Part shown: positions 14,420 through 27,824 of the stretch, piece after piece
Numbering within the stretch: position 1 is the first letter of the stretch
Layout: every line of letters starts with the position of its first letter
DNA from: the human T2T-CHM13v2.0 reference genome, Homo sapiens
Assembly: GCF_009914755.1 (NCBI RefSeq)
Contig: NC_060937.1
Strand: one strand, 5' to 3'
Length of the DNA stretch: 64,000 nt
Notes under the pieces: model-generated
Database searches by the model: none
The model's input: only the letters and a program-made list of their open reading frames with translations
What the model was told of the DNA's origin: nothing
Program-made: the position numbers and the translations under genes

Positions 14420-14620
14420 TTGTTTGGGATACGCATTTAGCAAAACTGTAGAGAAAAACAATGGAATGATAAATACAAAATTGAAGGCAGCAATTATCTT
14501 TGGTGGAAAGGAGAGAGCTGTGACCAGAGAGGGATATATCAGTGGCTCCAATGATGTTAGAAATTGTTCTCTATCTTAAGCAAGGTACTGGGTATACGAG
14601 TGCATGTTATTTGTTATTAT
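14420..14620 (+). mobile_element. Old L1ME/L1MC 3' UTR fragment
   Basis: aatgataaatacaaaattgaag ... aattgttctctatcttaagc ... gggtatacgagtgcatgttattt. Confidence 0.55.
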
Positions 14621-14880
14621 GTTGCTTTTCACATTTTAACATCTCTGAAATCAGGATAGGCCTACAATCACAGATAGCCAGGTGACAATTGTGCTGTAGT
14701 TGTCTTTACAACTACAGCACAATGATGTTAGAAATTGTTCTGTATCTTAAGCAAGGTACTGGGTATACGAGTGCATGTTATTTGTTATTATGTTGCTTTT
14801 CACATTTTAACATCTCTGAAATCAGGATAGGCCTACAATCACAGATAGCCAGGTGACAATTGTGCTGTAGTTGTCTTTAC
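14549..14880 (+). repeat. 161-bp tandem duplication (14549-14709, 14720-14880) with a 10-nt spacer
   Basis: Direct comparison gives 160/161 identity; the only difference is c14571 vs g14742. Confidence 0.98.
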
Positions 14881-15045
14881 CTTAAAAACATCATCGCTGA
14901 TTTCTTTCACTTGTGTTCTCTTTTTTTTTTCTTGCATGCATGAGTGTCATAAGGCAAAAAATCTAAGCCTGAAAGACCTCTTTTGTTAAGTATAAAATAA
15001 AAATCTAAATGGCAAGAAAATAATTCATCTATGAGTTTATAACAA
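14625..15045. mobile_element. TcMar-Tc2 (MER104/Kanga-like) DNA transposon fragment, partly duplicated
   Basis: ttttcacattttaacatctctgaaatcaggat matches the MER104/Kanga subterminal sequence. Confidence 0.6.
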
Positions 15046-16351
15046 TATCTACATTCTTGTTTTATGGAAACTATAGGGTCTTCAGGGCTGAAGCAGTTTT
15101 CCCACAACCTCTTCCCCTATAATAGTCAATGTTCATGGTACAGATGATTGCTACAATATGAAGCTCAGTGTCTTACACCTAGTAAGTGCACTCTAAATAT
15201 TATTTATTGGATTTCCAGTGACTATATTAATATTGAACTCAAATGATTCACTAACATTCTTCACCAAATCTGGTCATTTTCAAAAAATAAAAAATAAAAA
15301 CAACAACAAAACAAACAAACCAAGAACAGTGATTGGAAAGCCCACTTTGATAAATGTCTGACCTGATAAGACAATCCATATCTATGTGCTAATAGGAAGA
15401 AGTCTTAAAGGCATATTGATACTACTCTTCTCTGAACTGTTTCTGTGCTTAGTTTTCTATGATGTGCCATGTAGTGAATTTTGTCTTCACAAATTACTTC
15501 TGTTTTTAACATAAAAATCATAATATCCTTGAGGGATTGTGGCTTATATTTTAGCACTACTTATAATGCTATGCATACAGTGTTACTTAATCTGTTGTTT
15601 GATTAATGATTCTGTTTGTGTAAGTGTCACATTGATCATATCCTCAAAACACAGTTCTTAGGCTGTAATTCAGCTCTGTTCTTATTGCCACAGCATCTTA
15701 AAATTCTACCTGTGAATCTAAATTGGAAGTCATTCTGTAGTGTGTGATTCTTATTTATTTGGCTTATAGTAAATCAAGAGAGATTGATTGGTAGTTTAAT
15801 AAACCGATTTATAAGAAAGTCCCCAGTCATTGTGTCCACTGACCTTCAAGGTAAGAATGTTGGTTTGACCAGTTGTAGGTTCAGTAACATTGGATCCAGC
15901 TTTCCGGGAGATACCCAGAATCTCCATATGACTAAATATGGACTTCTAAGATTCATGTAGACACTACCTATTCTGATCATCACTTTCCATGAAGACGCAA
16001 GTCTCAAATTATTATTTTAATAGAATCAGCCATCATCTTGCAGTCTGTTTAACTGTTGACTTTTATTTTCATTTGCATATATTCCCTTTTATGAAAGGGC
16101 TACTCCTTTTCCTTGGTTCACTTGTGATCTTTATTTTTTTGTTACATGCTTTTCTTGCTGTTGAACAAGGTTTAAATTGGATCACTGATCTAAAATATTC
16201 ATTTTGAAAATTACTTCACAAAAAATTAAAAGATTAATAGTTAATGCTTTCAACTGTGGTCTGTAGTGAGGGCCAAATGGTATTAAAATTTGTTCTTCCT
16301 TGTCATTCTGTTCTAAATAATATCTATTAGGATGATTAGTACCAAAGAAGC

Positions 16352-16620
16352 GATTTTGCTCTGTTGTCCAGGCTGGAGTGCAGTGAAGTAATCATGGTTC
16401 ATTGCAGCCTCTGTGTCCCGAGTTCAGGTGGTCTTTCCACCTCAGCCTCCAAAGTAGCTGAGACTACAAATGCATGCTACCATGCGTGGCTAATTTTTAA
16501 AAATTTTTTTATAGTGATAGGGTCTCACTATGTTGCCCAGGAGTTCACTGGGCCCGAATGATCCTCTTGCCTCAGCCTCTCAGAATGCTGGGATTACGTA
16601 CATGAGCCACTGCCACTAGC
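16352..16620 (-). mobile_element. AluJ, no poly(A) tail retained
   Basis: gctctgttgtccaggctggagtgcagtg ... atcatggttcattgcagcct ... gggtctcactatgttgcccagg ... gctgggattac. Confidence 0.9.
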
Positions 16621-18061
16621 TGTGATCTGTATTTTTCTGTTGCTCACATACCACTGTAGTGCTAACCATTTACTGAGTTCTAGTTCTAATCATTTGTGGG
16701 GTAGAGACTTTGGGTAATATGTTCTATTCCTAAACCCTTGCTTTTGGATTGTGAAAATGGAAGACTATTTAGAAGTGGAAACAATTGAGTTGCAATCTTT
16801 ATACACCTAAACCAGGACCAGAAATCCTGGATTGCTGTGTTTGCCATTTGTTCTTAAAAATAATAAATCCTAGAACATATTTTATTACCCCATTATTACA
16901 TATCAAAAATTAAATCTTCCCAAGACAAATAAAATAAATGAAAAGTTAATTGTGAATGTAGCTTATTTCAAAAATTACACTTAAATCTATACCTGAAAAT
17001 ACTTTTCTTTAGTGAAGAAGACATCATTTAAATGTTTCATAAAATTTTAGAATGAAAAACTTCTTGTAGATTTAATTCATTCTCATTTTAGAAGAACAGA
17101 ATTAAAATTGCCTCTTTGGTTAATTTAAATATTGATACTAATCATCCTAATAGATATTATTTAGAACAAAAAGACAATGAAGAACAAGCTTTAATACCAT
17201 TTGGCTGTCTCTAAAGACCACAGTTGAAAGCACCAACTATTAATCTTTTAATTTTTGGTACAGTAATTTTCAAAATGAATATTTTAGATCAGTGATCCAA
17301 TTTAAACTCTGTTAAATAGCAAGGAAAGCATGTAATCAGAAATAATTCTTCTGTCACATTTCAACATTAAAGTCAAGGCCTTTTACAAACCTTTGAAAAG
17401 TATTTGGGAATAACCTCATTATATTTTAAAAAATTCTTTCTTTTTTTTTCATAGGATATACATGTTATATGTCACCTCTCCCTGAGATCTTTTGTAATAG
17501 AAAGTCTTCAATGTGTTCGTAATAAAGAATTCTAGGTAATAAAATTTTATTTTCTTTTTAAGGATATGCTGAAAGTGAGAAAGGGTATTAAAGTATTAAA
17601 CTACTCAAAGAACACCCCAAAATATTTTCATTAATAAGATTAATAATTTGCACTGCATTTATCTGAAAAAAAACACACACACACAGTGCTACATTAATCA
17701 GTTTGGCAGTTGTTTTAAAAGGATAATGTCTTCTGAACAACCTATTAGAAGAGAGAGACATGATGCAGACTTGGAGGTTCAGCATTTGGAAACCATCCAG
17801 AGCATCACACTGAGGAGCCATAGAGTAGGCTTTTGTGGCATAGAGCCCTAGAATTTTTGGAAATTCTAACTTGAGTGCCAAAAGAGCTGTGGTTATCTGT
17901 GATTTCAGAGGCAGCTCACTGGGTTCTCTATGATGTAGAAAGCTTGAACCCTAGTTCTCACGGAGATCATCAGCTCCACAAAATTGGCTGGAGAATTATT
18001 ATTATTGCAGAGAAGGAGGGCAATTGTCAGGGTTTGTTAGTCTGTATTCTATAATAGTCTG

Positions 18062-18103
18062 TGTATTGGTCAGGGTTCGCCAGAGAAAAAGAACTCACAG
18101 GAG

Positions 18104-18144
<41 letters not shown>

Positions 18145-18595
18145 TTAATATGAGGAATTGTCTCAAGAAATATGGAGGCCAAGAAGTCTCAGAATCTATA
18201 GTTTGGGCAAGCTGGATATTCAGAAGTGAAAATGGTTTAGATCCTGTTTAAGTCCAAAGGCCTGAGAACCAGAAGAGCCAATGACATAAGTTCTAACCTG
18301 AAAGCCAAAGGTCCAAGACCCAAGAAGAGCCAAAGTTTTAGTCAATGTTTAAAAGCAGAAAAAGATTGATGTCCAACCTCAGGCACTCAGGCAGGAGTTT
18401 CCTCTTACTTGTGGGAGGGTCAACATTTGTTGTTCTCTTCAGGTCTTCAACTAATTGAGGCCCACCACAGTGGGGAAAGCCATCAGCTTTACATAGTCTA
18501 CTGATTCAAATGTTAATCTTATCCAGAGTAATGTTCTCCCAAATGTCTGGGTACCCCAGGTCCACTCAAGTTAACATATAAAATTAACCATCCCA
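18062..18595 (-). mobile_element. MLT2B-type solo LTR (ERVL) with internal (CA)n at ~18105-18141
   Basis: tgtattggtcagggttcgccagagaa ... tcaagttaacatataaaattaaccatccca. Confidence 0.88.
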
Positions 18596-18914
18596 ATCTA
18601 ATAGCTTTTCTCACATTGCCTAAAAGATGTTGAAACTACCTGTAATATACATTTTTTTTTTCAGGCGAGATTTAAGAGAATTAAAAGCAGGGCTTTATGT
18701 GGAACCATTAATGTTTCAGACTTGGAAGAGATATTTTAAATTTCTAGTACAACTCTTTCACTTTATCTTCATAAAGATGACTCTCTTGGGGCCTCTGAGG
18801 TAATGAGAGGCCACCCTGGTCCCTGACCTCCTGTTCTTAGACACGGGCTTCTCCTACAGTCCACATAACCCCTCTCAAAGCCAAGGAAGGCATTACCTGA
18901 GGGGAGGCTTGTTT

Positions 18915-19115
18915 TCTCCTTCATCTGCTTCTGCTCTTTATTCTGCTCCTCTTCGTCATTTACCCTAAGCTCTTCCTCCTATTGTTCCTCTTACTTTTCT
19001 CACTCCTTGTCTTATTCTTCCTGTTACCCCTCTCTCTCTTCTCTTTCTCCTTCTTTACCTCTTCCTCTTTCTTCTATTCTTCTTTCTGCTCTTCCTGCTC
19101 TGTCTTCTATTTTCT
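18915..19115. repeat. CT-rich low-complexity tract
   Basis: About 200 bp of strongly pyrimidine-biased sequence on the + strand. Confidence 0.8.
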
Positions 19116-19724
19116 AGTGTGGGATAAACTTAATAAATAGGTTGCCCTAGGTTGTTCTTTCTTCAGCCTGAAGGTGAAGGCGTCATCTCCCTGTGATGGC
19201 TCCTCTTTTGAGCCATGCTCCCAGAGACATAATCAAAATAAGAGTGTACCTGAGGACTTGGTAACTGCATATGTAATGCCCCTTTGGGTGACACTTGACA
19301 TCTCGTAGGAAAGATTGTTCAGGGCATTTGCTCAGTAAGATTCACATTTAATTAGCACATACTATGTGTTGGGTTCTATGTTAGGCACTTCAGCTCAGGT
19401 AGGAGGAAGACAGAGGTCTGGGAAGGTCTATCATAAAAAGGTAGTAACCTTTTCAGCAAAGGACATAAAAATTGTAGACTAGAAATAATGATAATGATGC
19501 TTATATAAGTTTTTCAAGTTTTGTATTATCTCAATGTTTGGCATTAATTAATTTCATTTTTATTATTGCACTTCTTATTGTGTTATTATTGCATCTTTGA
19601 CTACATACATTAATTCACTTGTTTATTCATTCAACTACTTACCCAATTATCTAACATTTACTTAGCTCCTACTCGGTTCTGGGCATGTATTAGTAAATAA
19701 GACAGATTTTTCTCTCAAAAAGAG

Positions 19725-19935
19725 ATAACATAGCATAAGGACTAAAAATTTGGACTCTGAAATTGGATAGCTGGTGTCTGAGGCCCAGTTTTTGTCACTC
19801 ACTTAGACATTATCTTTTCTAAGCCTAATTTGCTCATTGTAAAGTGGGGATTATTAATAGGACTATGGTGAAGATTGAAGGCATTTTGGGAGTGCTTGGC
19901 ACATAGTAAGCACTCATGAATGTTCATCATTGTTA
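19725..19935 (+). mobile_element. MIR
   Basis: atagcataaggactaaaaatttggactctg ... ctcattgtaaagtggggattattaatag ... ggcacatagtaagcactc. Confidence 0.85.
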
Positions 19936-20181
19936 TTACTGACAGCTGGCTCAGAGATTTATGGAAGTAAACCAACAACAGAGAACAGTGTAACAAATGT
20001 CAGTGCAGGGAAGCACTTGGCCCAGCTAGAGAGATCACCGAAGGCTTTCTGGAAGACATGGCACTTGAGTCAAGACCATAGGCAGAATAGGAGCTACCTG
20101 GCAAGGAGTCTAGAAGAGGATATTTCAGGCAAAGAAGAACAGCACTTAAAAACGCAATAGGCTATAAGAGCTCGAGGTAGG

Positions 20182-20562
20182 TGTATTAGTCTGTTCTTAC
20201 ACTGCTATAAAGAAATATGTGAGACTGGGTAATTTATAAAGAAAAAAGGTATAATTGACTCATGGTTCCACAGGCTGTACAGGAATCATGATGCTGGCAT
20301 CTGCTCAGCTTCTGGGGAGGCCTCAGGAAAACTTACAATCATGGTGGAAGGCAAAGGGGGAGCAGAGCAGGAGGAAGTGGGGCAGGGAGGTGCCACACAC
20401 TTTTAAACAACCAGATCTCATGAGAACCCTTTCATGAGAGCAGCACGAAAGGGGGAAATCCACACCCATGATCCAATCACCTCTCACCACACCCCACCTC
20501 CAACATTGGGGATTACAATTTGACATGAGATTTAGGTGGGGACACAGAAGCAAACCACATCA
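20182..20562 (-). mobile_element. MSTA-type MaLR solo LTR
   Basis: tgtattagtctgttcttacactgctataaag ... ggaggcctcaggaaaacttacaatcatgg ... ggggacacagaagcaaaccacatca. Confidence 0.9.
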
Positions 20563-20945
20563 CAGGGCTTGGAGAAGAGCACTGAAGAAGAAAGGTTTTA
20601 TTTATTAAACGGCAGAAGTAGACTTTGTAGGGGTCAGTGTCAGGACAGTTCAATCACCCATTTTACAGATGAGAAGACTGAGGCCCAGCTGCCTCTGTTG
20701 AACTGAATAGACTAAGGTCAAACAGCTGGTGAATGAGAGAGCTCATTTACACCACAGCCTCCATCACCAGTGCAGAGTCAAGTGGGAGAACAGCCTGCTG
20801 TAAGTGTACATGTAGGAGGCAAGAGTTTATGTAGAGAAGTTTGTGTCAGCAGCTATGTCTCTCCATGACTTATACTCTTTCTTAACTAGCTGTGTATTTA
20901 AGGTTATTAAAGCAAGTATTTTGGGGTGTATTATTGTTAGACACC

Positions 20946-21409
20946 CGTCTTAATCCATTTTGTGTTGCTATAACAGAATACCTGAGGCTGAGTAATTTAT
21001 AAAAAAAAGAGGTGTATTTAGCTTACAGTTCTGCAGGCTGGAAAGTTCAAGAAGCATGGCACTGGCACCTGATCAGCTTTCGGTGAGGGCTTTTGTACTG
21101 CATCAGAACATGGTGAAGAAGGACAAAGGGGAAGCAGACACATCTGAAGAGGGACTGAACCCAAGGTGTGTCCTGGTTTTACAACAACCCACTCTTGAGG
21201 GAACTAATGCATTCCTTTGAGAACTAGTCCTGTCTTGCCAGAGTAATTCTCTCACTACCACAAGAACAACACTAAGCCATTCATGAAGGATCTGCTTCCA
21301 TGACCCAAATACCTCCCACTAGGACCCACCTCCCAATACCATTATATTGGGAATCAAATTTTAACATGAGCTTTGGTGCGGACGAACAAACCATATCCAA
21401 ACTATAGCA
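20946..21409 (-). mobile_element. MSTB1/MSTB2-type MaLR solo LTR
   Basis: cgtcttaatccattttgtgttgctataacagaatacc ... aacaaaccatatccaaactatagca. Confidence 0.88.
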
Positions 21410-21488
21410 AAGACATTAATGCTTCTTCTTGTCAGAGCTCATCCACACTTGATACTACCACTTCTCCTCATTGCAAATCTAAGAACTA

Positions 21489-21567
21489 TTTGGTTGATAC
21501 AAAAGTAATCATGGTTTTGCCATTAAAAGTAATGGCAAAAACTGCAATTACTTTTGCACCAACCTAA
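21489..21567. mobile_element. MADE1 mariner MITE
   Basis: 79-bp palindromic element tttggttgatacaaaagtaat ... attacttttgcaccaacctaa flanked by TA on both sides. Confidence 0.95.
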
Positions 21568-21689
21568 TATTTGCAAATTCTTAGCCATGTGATCTGGTCA
21601 AGATGAAGAAAGGGATCTGAAGAATTAATGATTTGTAATCAAGAAAAAAAAGTCCAAATCTAGATATACTGTTTTGCAGGTCCCAATTT

Positions 21690-22640
21690 CTCATCATTAG
21701 TATTTATTTAGTCCATTAGTTGTCATTCGACAAATGGAGCTTTCATTAACTCTGGGTCCTAGGACCTAGAGATACCATAATGACCAAGATGAACTGCCCC
21801 ACCCCACAGTGATGGTGGTAATGTGACAAGTAAATAAGTGACTGCAAAATAGTGTGACAAATGCAATAAATGTCCTAAGATGGACATTTATTCTGATCCA
21901 GAGCATCAAGAAGGGCTTTCTAGAGGCACTAATTTCAGCATTGAGCTTTGAAATAGATAGAGGTTAGAAGTTACTGAGCTGGAAAGAACTGGTAGTTAGG
22001 CAAAGGAGGCCTGGGGAACATCAGGGCAGTGGCCTGGAGGCAAGAGGCTGTAACTGAGGAATCAGAAGAGAGGCAGTGTGGCTAGAATGTAGGGGATTCA
22101 TTCATCTCTGGAGAGGAGGCTGGAGAGGTATAGAAGCCGGATATGAAGGGCCATGTGAACCTGAGAAAGGAATTGAAAGTTAATTCTATGAACGCTGTGG
22201 GATCATACAGTATTTATGCAGGGGAGAAAAAGATCAGACATTGGATTTTAGAAAGGTCCTTCCTGCTGCAGTGCTGTCACAGAAGAGATTGCCATAACCA
22301 AGAGTGGGTGCAGGAATATCAGCTTGGGGACTTTTATAAGGGTGGCCTAGGGATGAAGGGAAGAGGAAGGATGGGAGTGGTAATTAGCTTAATAACTGGG
22401 TGTGTGGGTGGATGAGAGAGAGAAATCATAGATAAATTGCACTCACCAGATGCTACTGAATCTATCTGTCTCTGCTAGTCCTGTTCACAGAAACAGGGGA
22501 CACTGGGAGAGGGAGAGCCTGAGGATATAAAGAGGATCAGAAGACAAAGGAGTGAGTTTAGCTTTAGACCATTTGAATTTGAAATGTTTGTGGGTCACCC
22601 AGGTGTGTCTGTCCAGCATAAAGCAGGCCAGTGAAAATAT
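21690..22640 (-). mobile_element. L2 fragment
   Basis: Purine-rich reverse L2 body: ggccagtgtggctagaatgtag-like, atcagacattggattttagaaaggtc, gagttttagctttagaccatttgaatttga. Confidence 0.7.
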
Positions 22641-22979
22641 CAGTGTATGTATGTAAACTTAATAACTAGTTATTTTATGAATACACTCCCTGGATAAGGA
22701 GATCAAATTCCACCTAGGAGCTGGGTGGTTTCTCAGCACTCAAAGCAGTCCCAACAGGCTCTAATTGAGCTCAGAGTGCCTAGCCAGGCACTGGGGGAAC
22801 GGGAGAAGGAGGAGCAGAGAAAAATCTAGATGGGGCTGCTTATGTAAGGCCAGAATTCAGAGAGAAAGCCAGAGGCACTGCGGAATCTCTTCTTCATAGC
22901 CATGGGAATAATAGTAAAATTGTTCATGAAACACCAAGTTGCCTGAGTAGTAAATGAACTAATTTTGTGATAAGCTCAA

Positions 22980-23240
22980 AGGACACAGAAGCTAAAAACA
23001 TGGACTTTTGAGCAGATAATTCTGGTTTAAACTCCCATTTCTGTCCCTTTCTATATGACCTTAGGGAAATTACTCACTCTCTCTAAGCCTCAGTTTCTTT
23101 ATCTTTAAATGAGATGACACTACCTAGTTAGATATAAAAACACCTAGCTTATTGGATTGCTGAAGGATTAAGTGAAATATCGTATATGAAGTTCTGGCAA
23201 GTTTCAGTGTTTGTCAATAGTGAGCCCTCAATCTCTGGTA
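22980..23240 (+). mobile_element. MIR
   Basis: atgaccttagggaaattactcactctctctaagcctcagtttctttatctttaaatg. Confidence 0.85.
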
Positions 23241-23929
23241 GTTACTGTTGCTGTTATGAGATATCCCAAGAAGGCAAATATCCTTGTTGCCATGTTTACT
23301 ACAGCAGCAGGGAGGAAAGGAGCAGACAGCCACACCCATTCACATATATGTGTATAGAACATGTGACTATACACGTATTTATAATAACAGAAGACTTCAT
23401 TATTTTCTTGCTTTAAAACCATAACCATGTAATTTTATGAAAATATGAAAGAAGAGTGCATCCCGTTGCTAAGTGATATGCTCATGTAATTACTGGGGAA
23501 ACAGATGGCCAATCAATAGTAGACAGCTAATTGCCTTACAAATAGATTTAGTTAAAGATTGGAAATGATGATAAAAGTGTGTTGTCCTTATGATAGTGAT
23601 ATTAAGGCGGTTCATGGTCAATTATAATAATATAAATCATATTGAAAAGAGCATCTTATTTCTACTTTTAAGCTAATAGGAAGCCACTGCTTTCTGTATT
23701 GTTGAGTCAAGTTTTGGAAGAAAAATGGAACCACTCATTGTGCTAGACAAATGCTTTATTCTAGGCTACTTTTTCTTCCAAGGAAGATGAGCATTTGAAA
23801 AGTAATTATCTATCCATTCATTCTGCCAACCAACATTTAGTGAACATCCACTATTATACTTTCATGCAAACTTTCTTCTTCCATACTCTACCTTCTTCCT
23901 CCACTTTGCTCCTAAAAAGTCCAAACTAC

Positions 23930-24480
23930 CAGAAAAATGTAGAAGTGGGCACCCTGTGTACACACATGGCTGATGACAAGGTAAATTGGAACAATATTTT
24001 AAGAAAACAGTATGCTTCTGTCAATCAAGCACAAAAGTATTATGCCAGTTGGTCCAGGAATCTCACCTCCTTGGAAACTATGTGGAGAAAATAATTCAGC
24101 CAAAGAAAAAAGCTGCTTGTATGAAGATATTTATTGTGGAATTATTTATAAGAATAAATTGGAAACAAATTATATGTCCAATGCTAAATAATAATTAAGA
24201 ATGACAATCCCATTTATGAATTCTACATAACATTATGCAGCTATTTATAATGTTTACAGTCTTCTTAGAAATCTGAACAAAATTTATGATCTCATAAATA
24301 AGGTAGTTTGCAAGAATTCACCAGTTCTATGTTTATAGCTATGCAAAGAATAAGTATAAAATAGGAAAATGACTGAGAAAGAGCAAACAAAACTGAAAAT
24401 AATTGTGTTAGAAGAGTGGAATATTCTTTTTTCAGTCTTCAACAACTCATTTTGATATTCTTTTATGATATATTAAATGT
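23930..24480 (+). mobile_element. Old L1ME-type 3' fragment
   Basis: gtaaattggaacaatattttaagaaaacagtatg ... tgtatgaagatatttattgtggaattatttataaga. Confidence 0.6.
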
Positions 24481-25273
24481 GAACACCACAAAGAATTGTT
24501 CTGTATGTAGTCAAAATCCAAGATGGCACCTTCCAAACACCAAATAAAAAGCCTTCCTTGCTTTTAGAATTCAAGTAATCTTAGAGCAATAAATAGTTGT
24601 TTCTCCATGTCTTATCTTCCTTGTTTTGTACTGTGAGAGGCATTTACAAGTATATTGAATTTCTCTTGCTTATGAATTCAACTGCTGCTGCTTTTCAACA
24701 AACAGCCTTAATCCTTTGTTTGGCTGTCATAGTTGCTACTGCAGGAATTATGATGCTGCCAACAGAGAATTCAGGAGATAAAATGAAGAGGTTTGTAAAT
24801 GCCAGTACACTTGCACCCTTTTCTTGATATTACCAACTGTACATATGTGTATATCTCTTTCTATATATTTGTCCTATTAAACTCCAACCTTGTTCAGTGC
24901 GTGGACCATAAGGTTTATTTAATCTGAAAACATGCTTTGCATGCTATAATTATTATTACAGAAGAAAATAAATGTACTCACTAATCAGAATATCCACTAG
25001 CAATGAAGAAGGAAAATGCTGCCGTCCTTGGGGGTAGATTTCTGTAATGTTCCTCATGCCCATGCCAGAATTTTGTTTTCTTTTTCTTTCAACTTCCTAG
25101 ACCCTAATTTCCAATGTCAGAATAGTTTCCCAGTCAGAATTGGGTAGGAGAGATGGAAGTCTGTGCTGGCTGCTTTTATAAATATTATGTGGTTGTTATT
25201 TTAGTGTGATTAAAAAAGAAAACAATGACTAAAATTATTCGTAATGATTCATATTAACATTGTGAGGCAATAA

Positions 25274-25590
<317 letters not shown>

Positions 25591-26127
25591 GGGAATAACT
25601 ATATTTCTAAATGACAGAGCTTCATTAGGGTTAGACATTTGTGAGGAACATGCTTGCTTGCTGGAGATGCTTGGCTTGCAGGTGCCTGCCATTTGCATGT
25701 TGTATAGTGCACATCTGAACTTTGGAGCCACTCTTACCATCTGCCATAAACTGAAAGGTGCAATTTCCAAAACTGTTTTCCTTAAGACCCAGGATCTGAA
25801 AAAGATTATTTGAAAATCCCCTTAGAGATGGAAAGAAAGAAAAAAAGAAAGCAATGGTCCTTTTGCTTGTATATTATTCTATTCAATCTTCACTTTAGAT
25901 AAAAATCACTGTAGGCCTTTGGTGACAGAAACAGATGTCTCAAAGAGGACTGGATCACACAAAGTCAGATTTCACCTGGGTAGAAAGCATTCTGCATTGA
26001 CAACCATCTGGGTTTCAACTAGATGAAATGTGATGATGCAGAATATTGTCTCATAATACTTATGGATGTTTGGCTAATAGCACCAGTGATGACTGACCAA
26101 GGCCACTCACAGGGAGCAGCTGCACAA

Positions 26128-26332
26128 ATGTATGTACGTAGATGTCTGTGTGTCTGTGTATATGTAGGCATGTGTGTATATATAAGCATGGGCATGTTTA
26201 TATGCATGTTTATATGCATATACACATAGGTGTGTATGTGTGTACATATGAGTGTGCATGTACATACACATATATACATGTATGCGTATGTATATGTGTG
26301 TATATATGTGTGTATGCATGTGTATGTATGTG
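26128..26332. repeat. Degenerate (TG/TA)n alternating purine-pyrimidine simple repeat
   Basis: tgtatatgtgtgtatatatgtgtgtatgcatg-type sequence for ~200 bp. Confidence 0.9.
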
Positions 26333-27534
26333 CACTAAATGTTTTTAATTACATTTGCCAAATGCATTTTTGGTTTATATAACTTCCCACATTTCCAAGG
26401 TTACTGACATAATTTAACACCCAACATATGTCAGAGTTGTTATTTTGACTTTTTTAAAATTAAAGATGCAATTTCTAAATGAGTGCAGGAGACTTCAGAA
26501 ATATTACTGTGCTAAATTTCAAGCTCCTGAAACTTTAAAACTCAGAAAAGAAGGGTGAGATCTTGGACATAAGCTCCTGTTTTCATTTGCTTAAAATGCG
26601 AATAGATTGCAAGACATCCAGGATCCACATTTCCCCAGTAAAGGCCTTGAGTCGTAAGACACTATCACAGGCAAAGGCAGTTTCCCTGCCAGCCCCCTCA
26701 TTTCACAGAATGCAAGTGTAGCCCTTGTGTAGGTAAGCGAGTCCAGAGTGTCCTGGCTTCTCGTGGGCCTCTTTATTGCAAACAGAGTAGACTTTTAAAT
26801 AAGCCAGAGCCTTAGCTTCCAGAAAGATAATCCGAGGCATGGAAAGGATGGTTAGTCTGATGAGCTAATTTTAGGACCTGGAATCTCAGCAGCATCCTTT
26901 TAATATTGCAGCACACGCTGCTGTTTCCAGGGCCTCTTCAGGATCTCCTTAAATAAATTAGGATCTAAAGAGCCCTCCTGTTTCCTTAGAGTTAAGCTAA
27001 TGCTGCCAGCAGTGCCATTTTGGTTCCTTAGTTGCTCTCTGTAGGCCTCATAAAGCCCTTTCTCAACCCTCCACATGCTGGGCAAAGCACAACCTGGTGG
27101 TCGTGGCTCAGACACCATTTAATTTCCTTCTCAAACCATCTTGTTTTATGTAAGTTGACCTTTTCATGACTGTAAAATTTCCTCATTAGAAAGTGACAGG
27201 CTCTCTGGGATTGCAAACCTTTCCTGATAACACTCTGTATAAAGGTGTCTGTGAAAGATTTTTCTCACTTAAAAATGAAAAGAGACCCTTTTGTCTACTC
27301 CACTAGCAGCTTTCAGAGCACACAGACAATCCACTTGAATTTTGTTTAAAAAAAAACAAACAAACAGGAAACCTTCACTTGTTGGGGCAGCCAGTAAGGG
27401 GGTGTCAGAGATGAATCTGAAGGATCTGGTTTTAAGAAACTCAGAATCATTATCCACTTCATTTTCAGAGTACCCATTCTCTGTTAAGTATGTAACATAT
27501 GCCATTGCTAGAATTTCCTACAGCTCTACAGGGG

Positions 27535-27670
27535 TTCCTATTACAGTTGAGGAAACTTGGATTCAGAAAGGTCCAGAGGCTTGCCCAAGGTCATTGAGCA
27601 GGAGAGTGACAGAGCTAGTGCTTCAACCTAGGTCCTTGTGGCTCTGTTCTTTCCACTGCATCATTCTGCC
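27535..27670 (-). mobile_element. MIR fragment
   Basis: ttacagttgaggaaacttgg ... cttgcccaaggtcattgagc ... cttcaacctaggtc. Confidence 0.8.
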
Positions 27671-27824
27671 TCTCAAGGCAATACTTGCTCAAAAAAATAA
27701 ATTTCAGACAGACATGCTGCAGATGCCTTAGTTTGCATGGAATACACACTGTTAACAACAGTTATTGGATTGGAGAATTACTAGGGTTTCTGACCTCAGC
27801 AACTGGAGTACCTTCGCTACAGTA

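Noticed and set aside
17435-17600. Two acceptor-like sites (catag at ~17454, ttaag at ~17562) and a possible 12-nt exon gatatgctgaaa
   Set aside because: Donors are weak and such T-tract/AG matches are common in AT-rich DNA; unsupported without RNA data.
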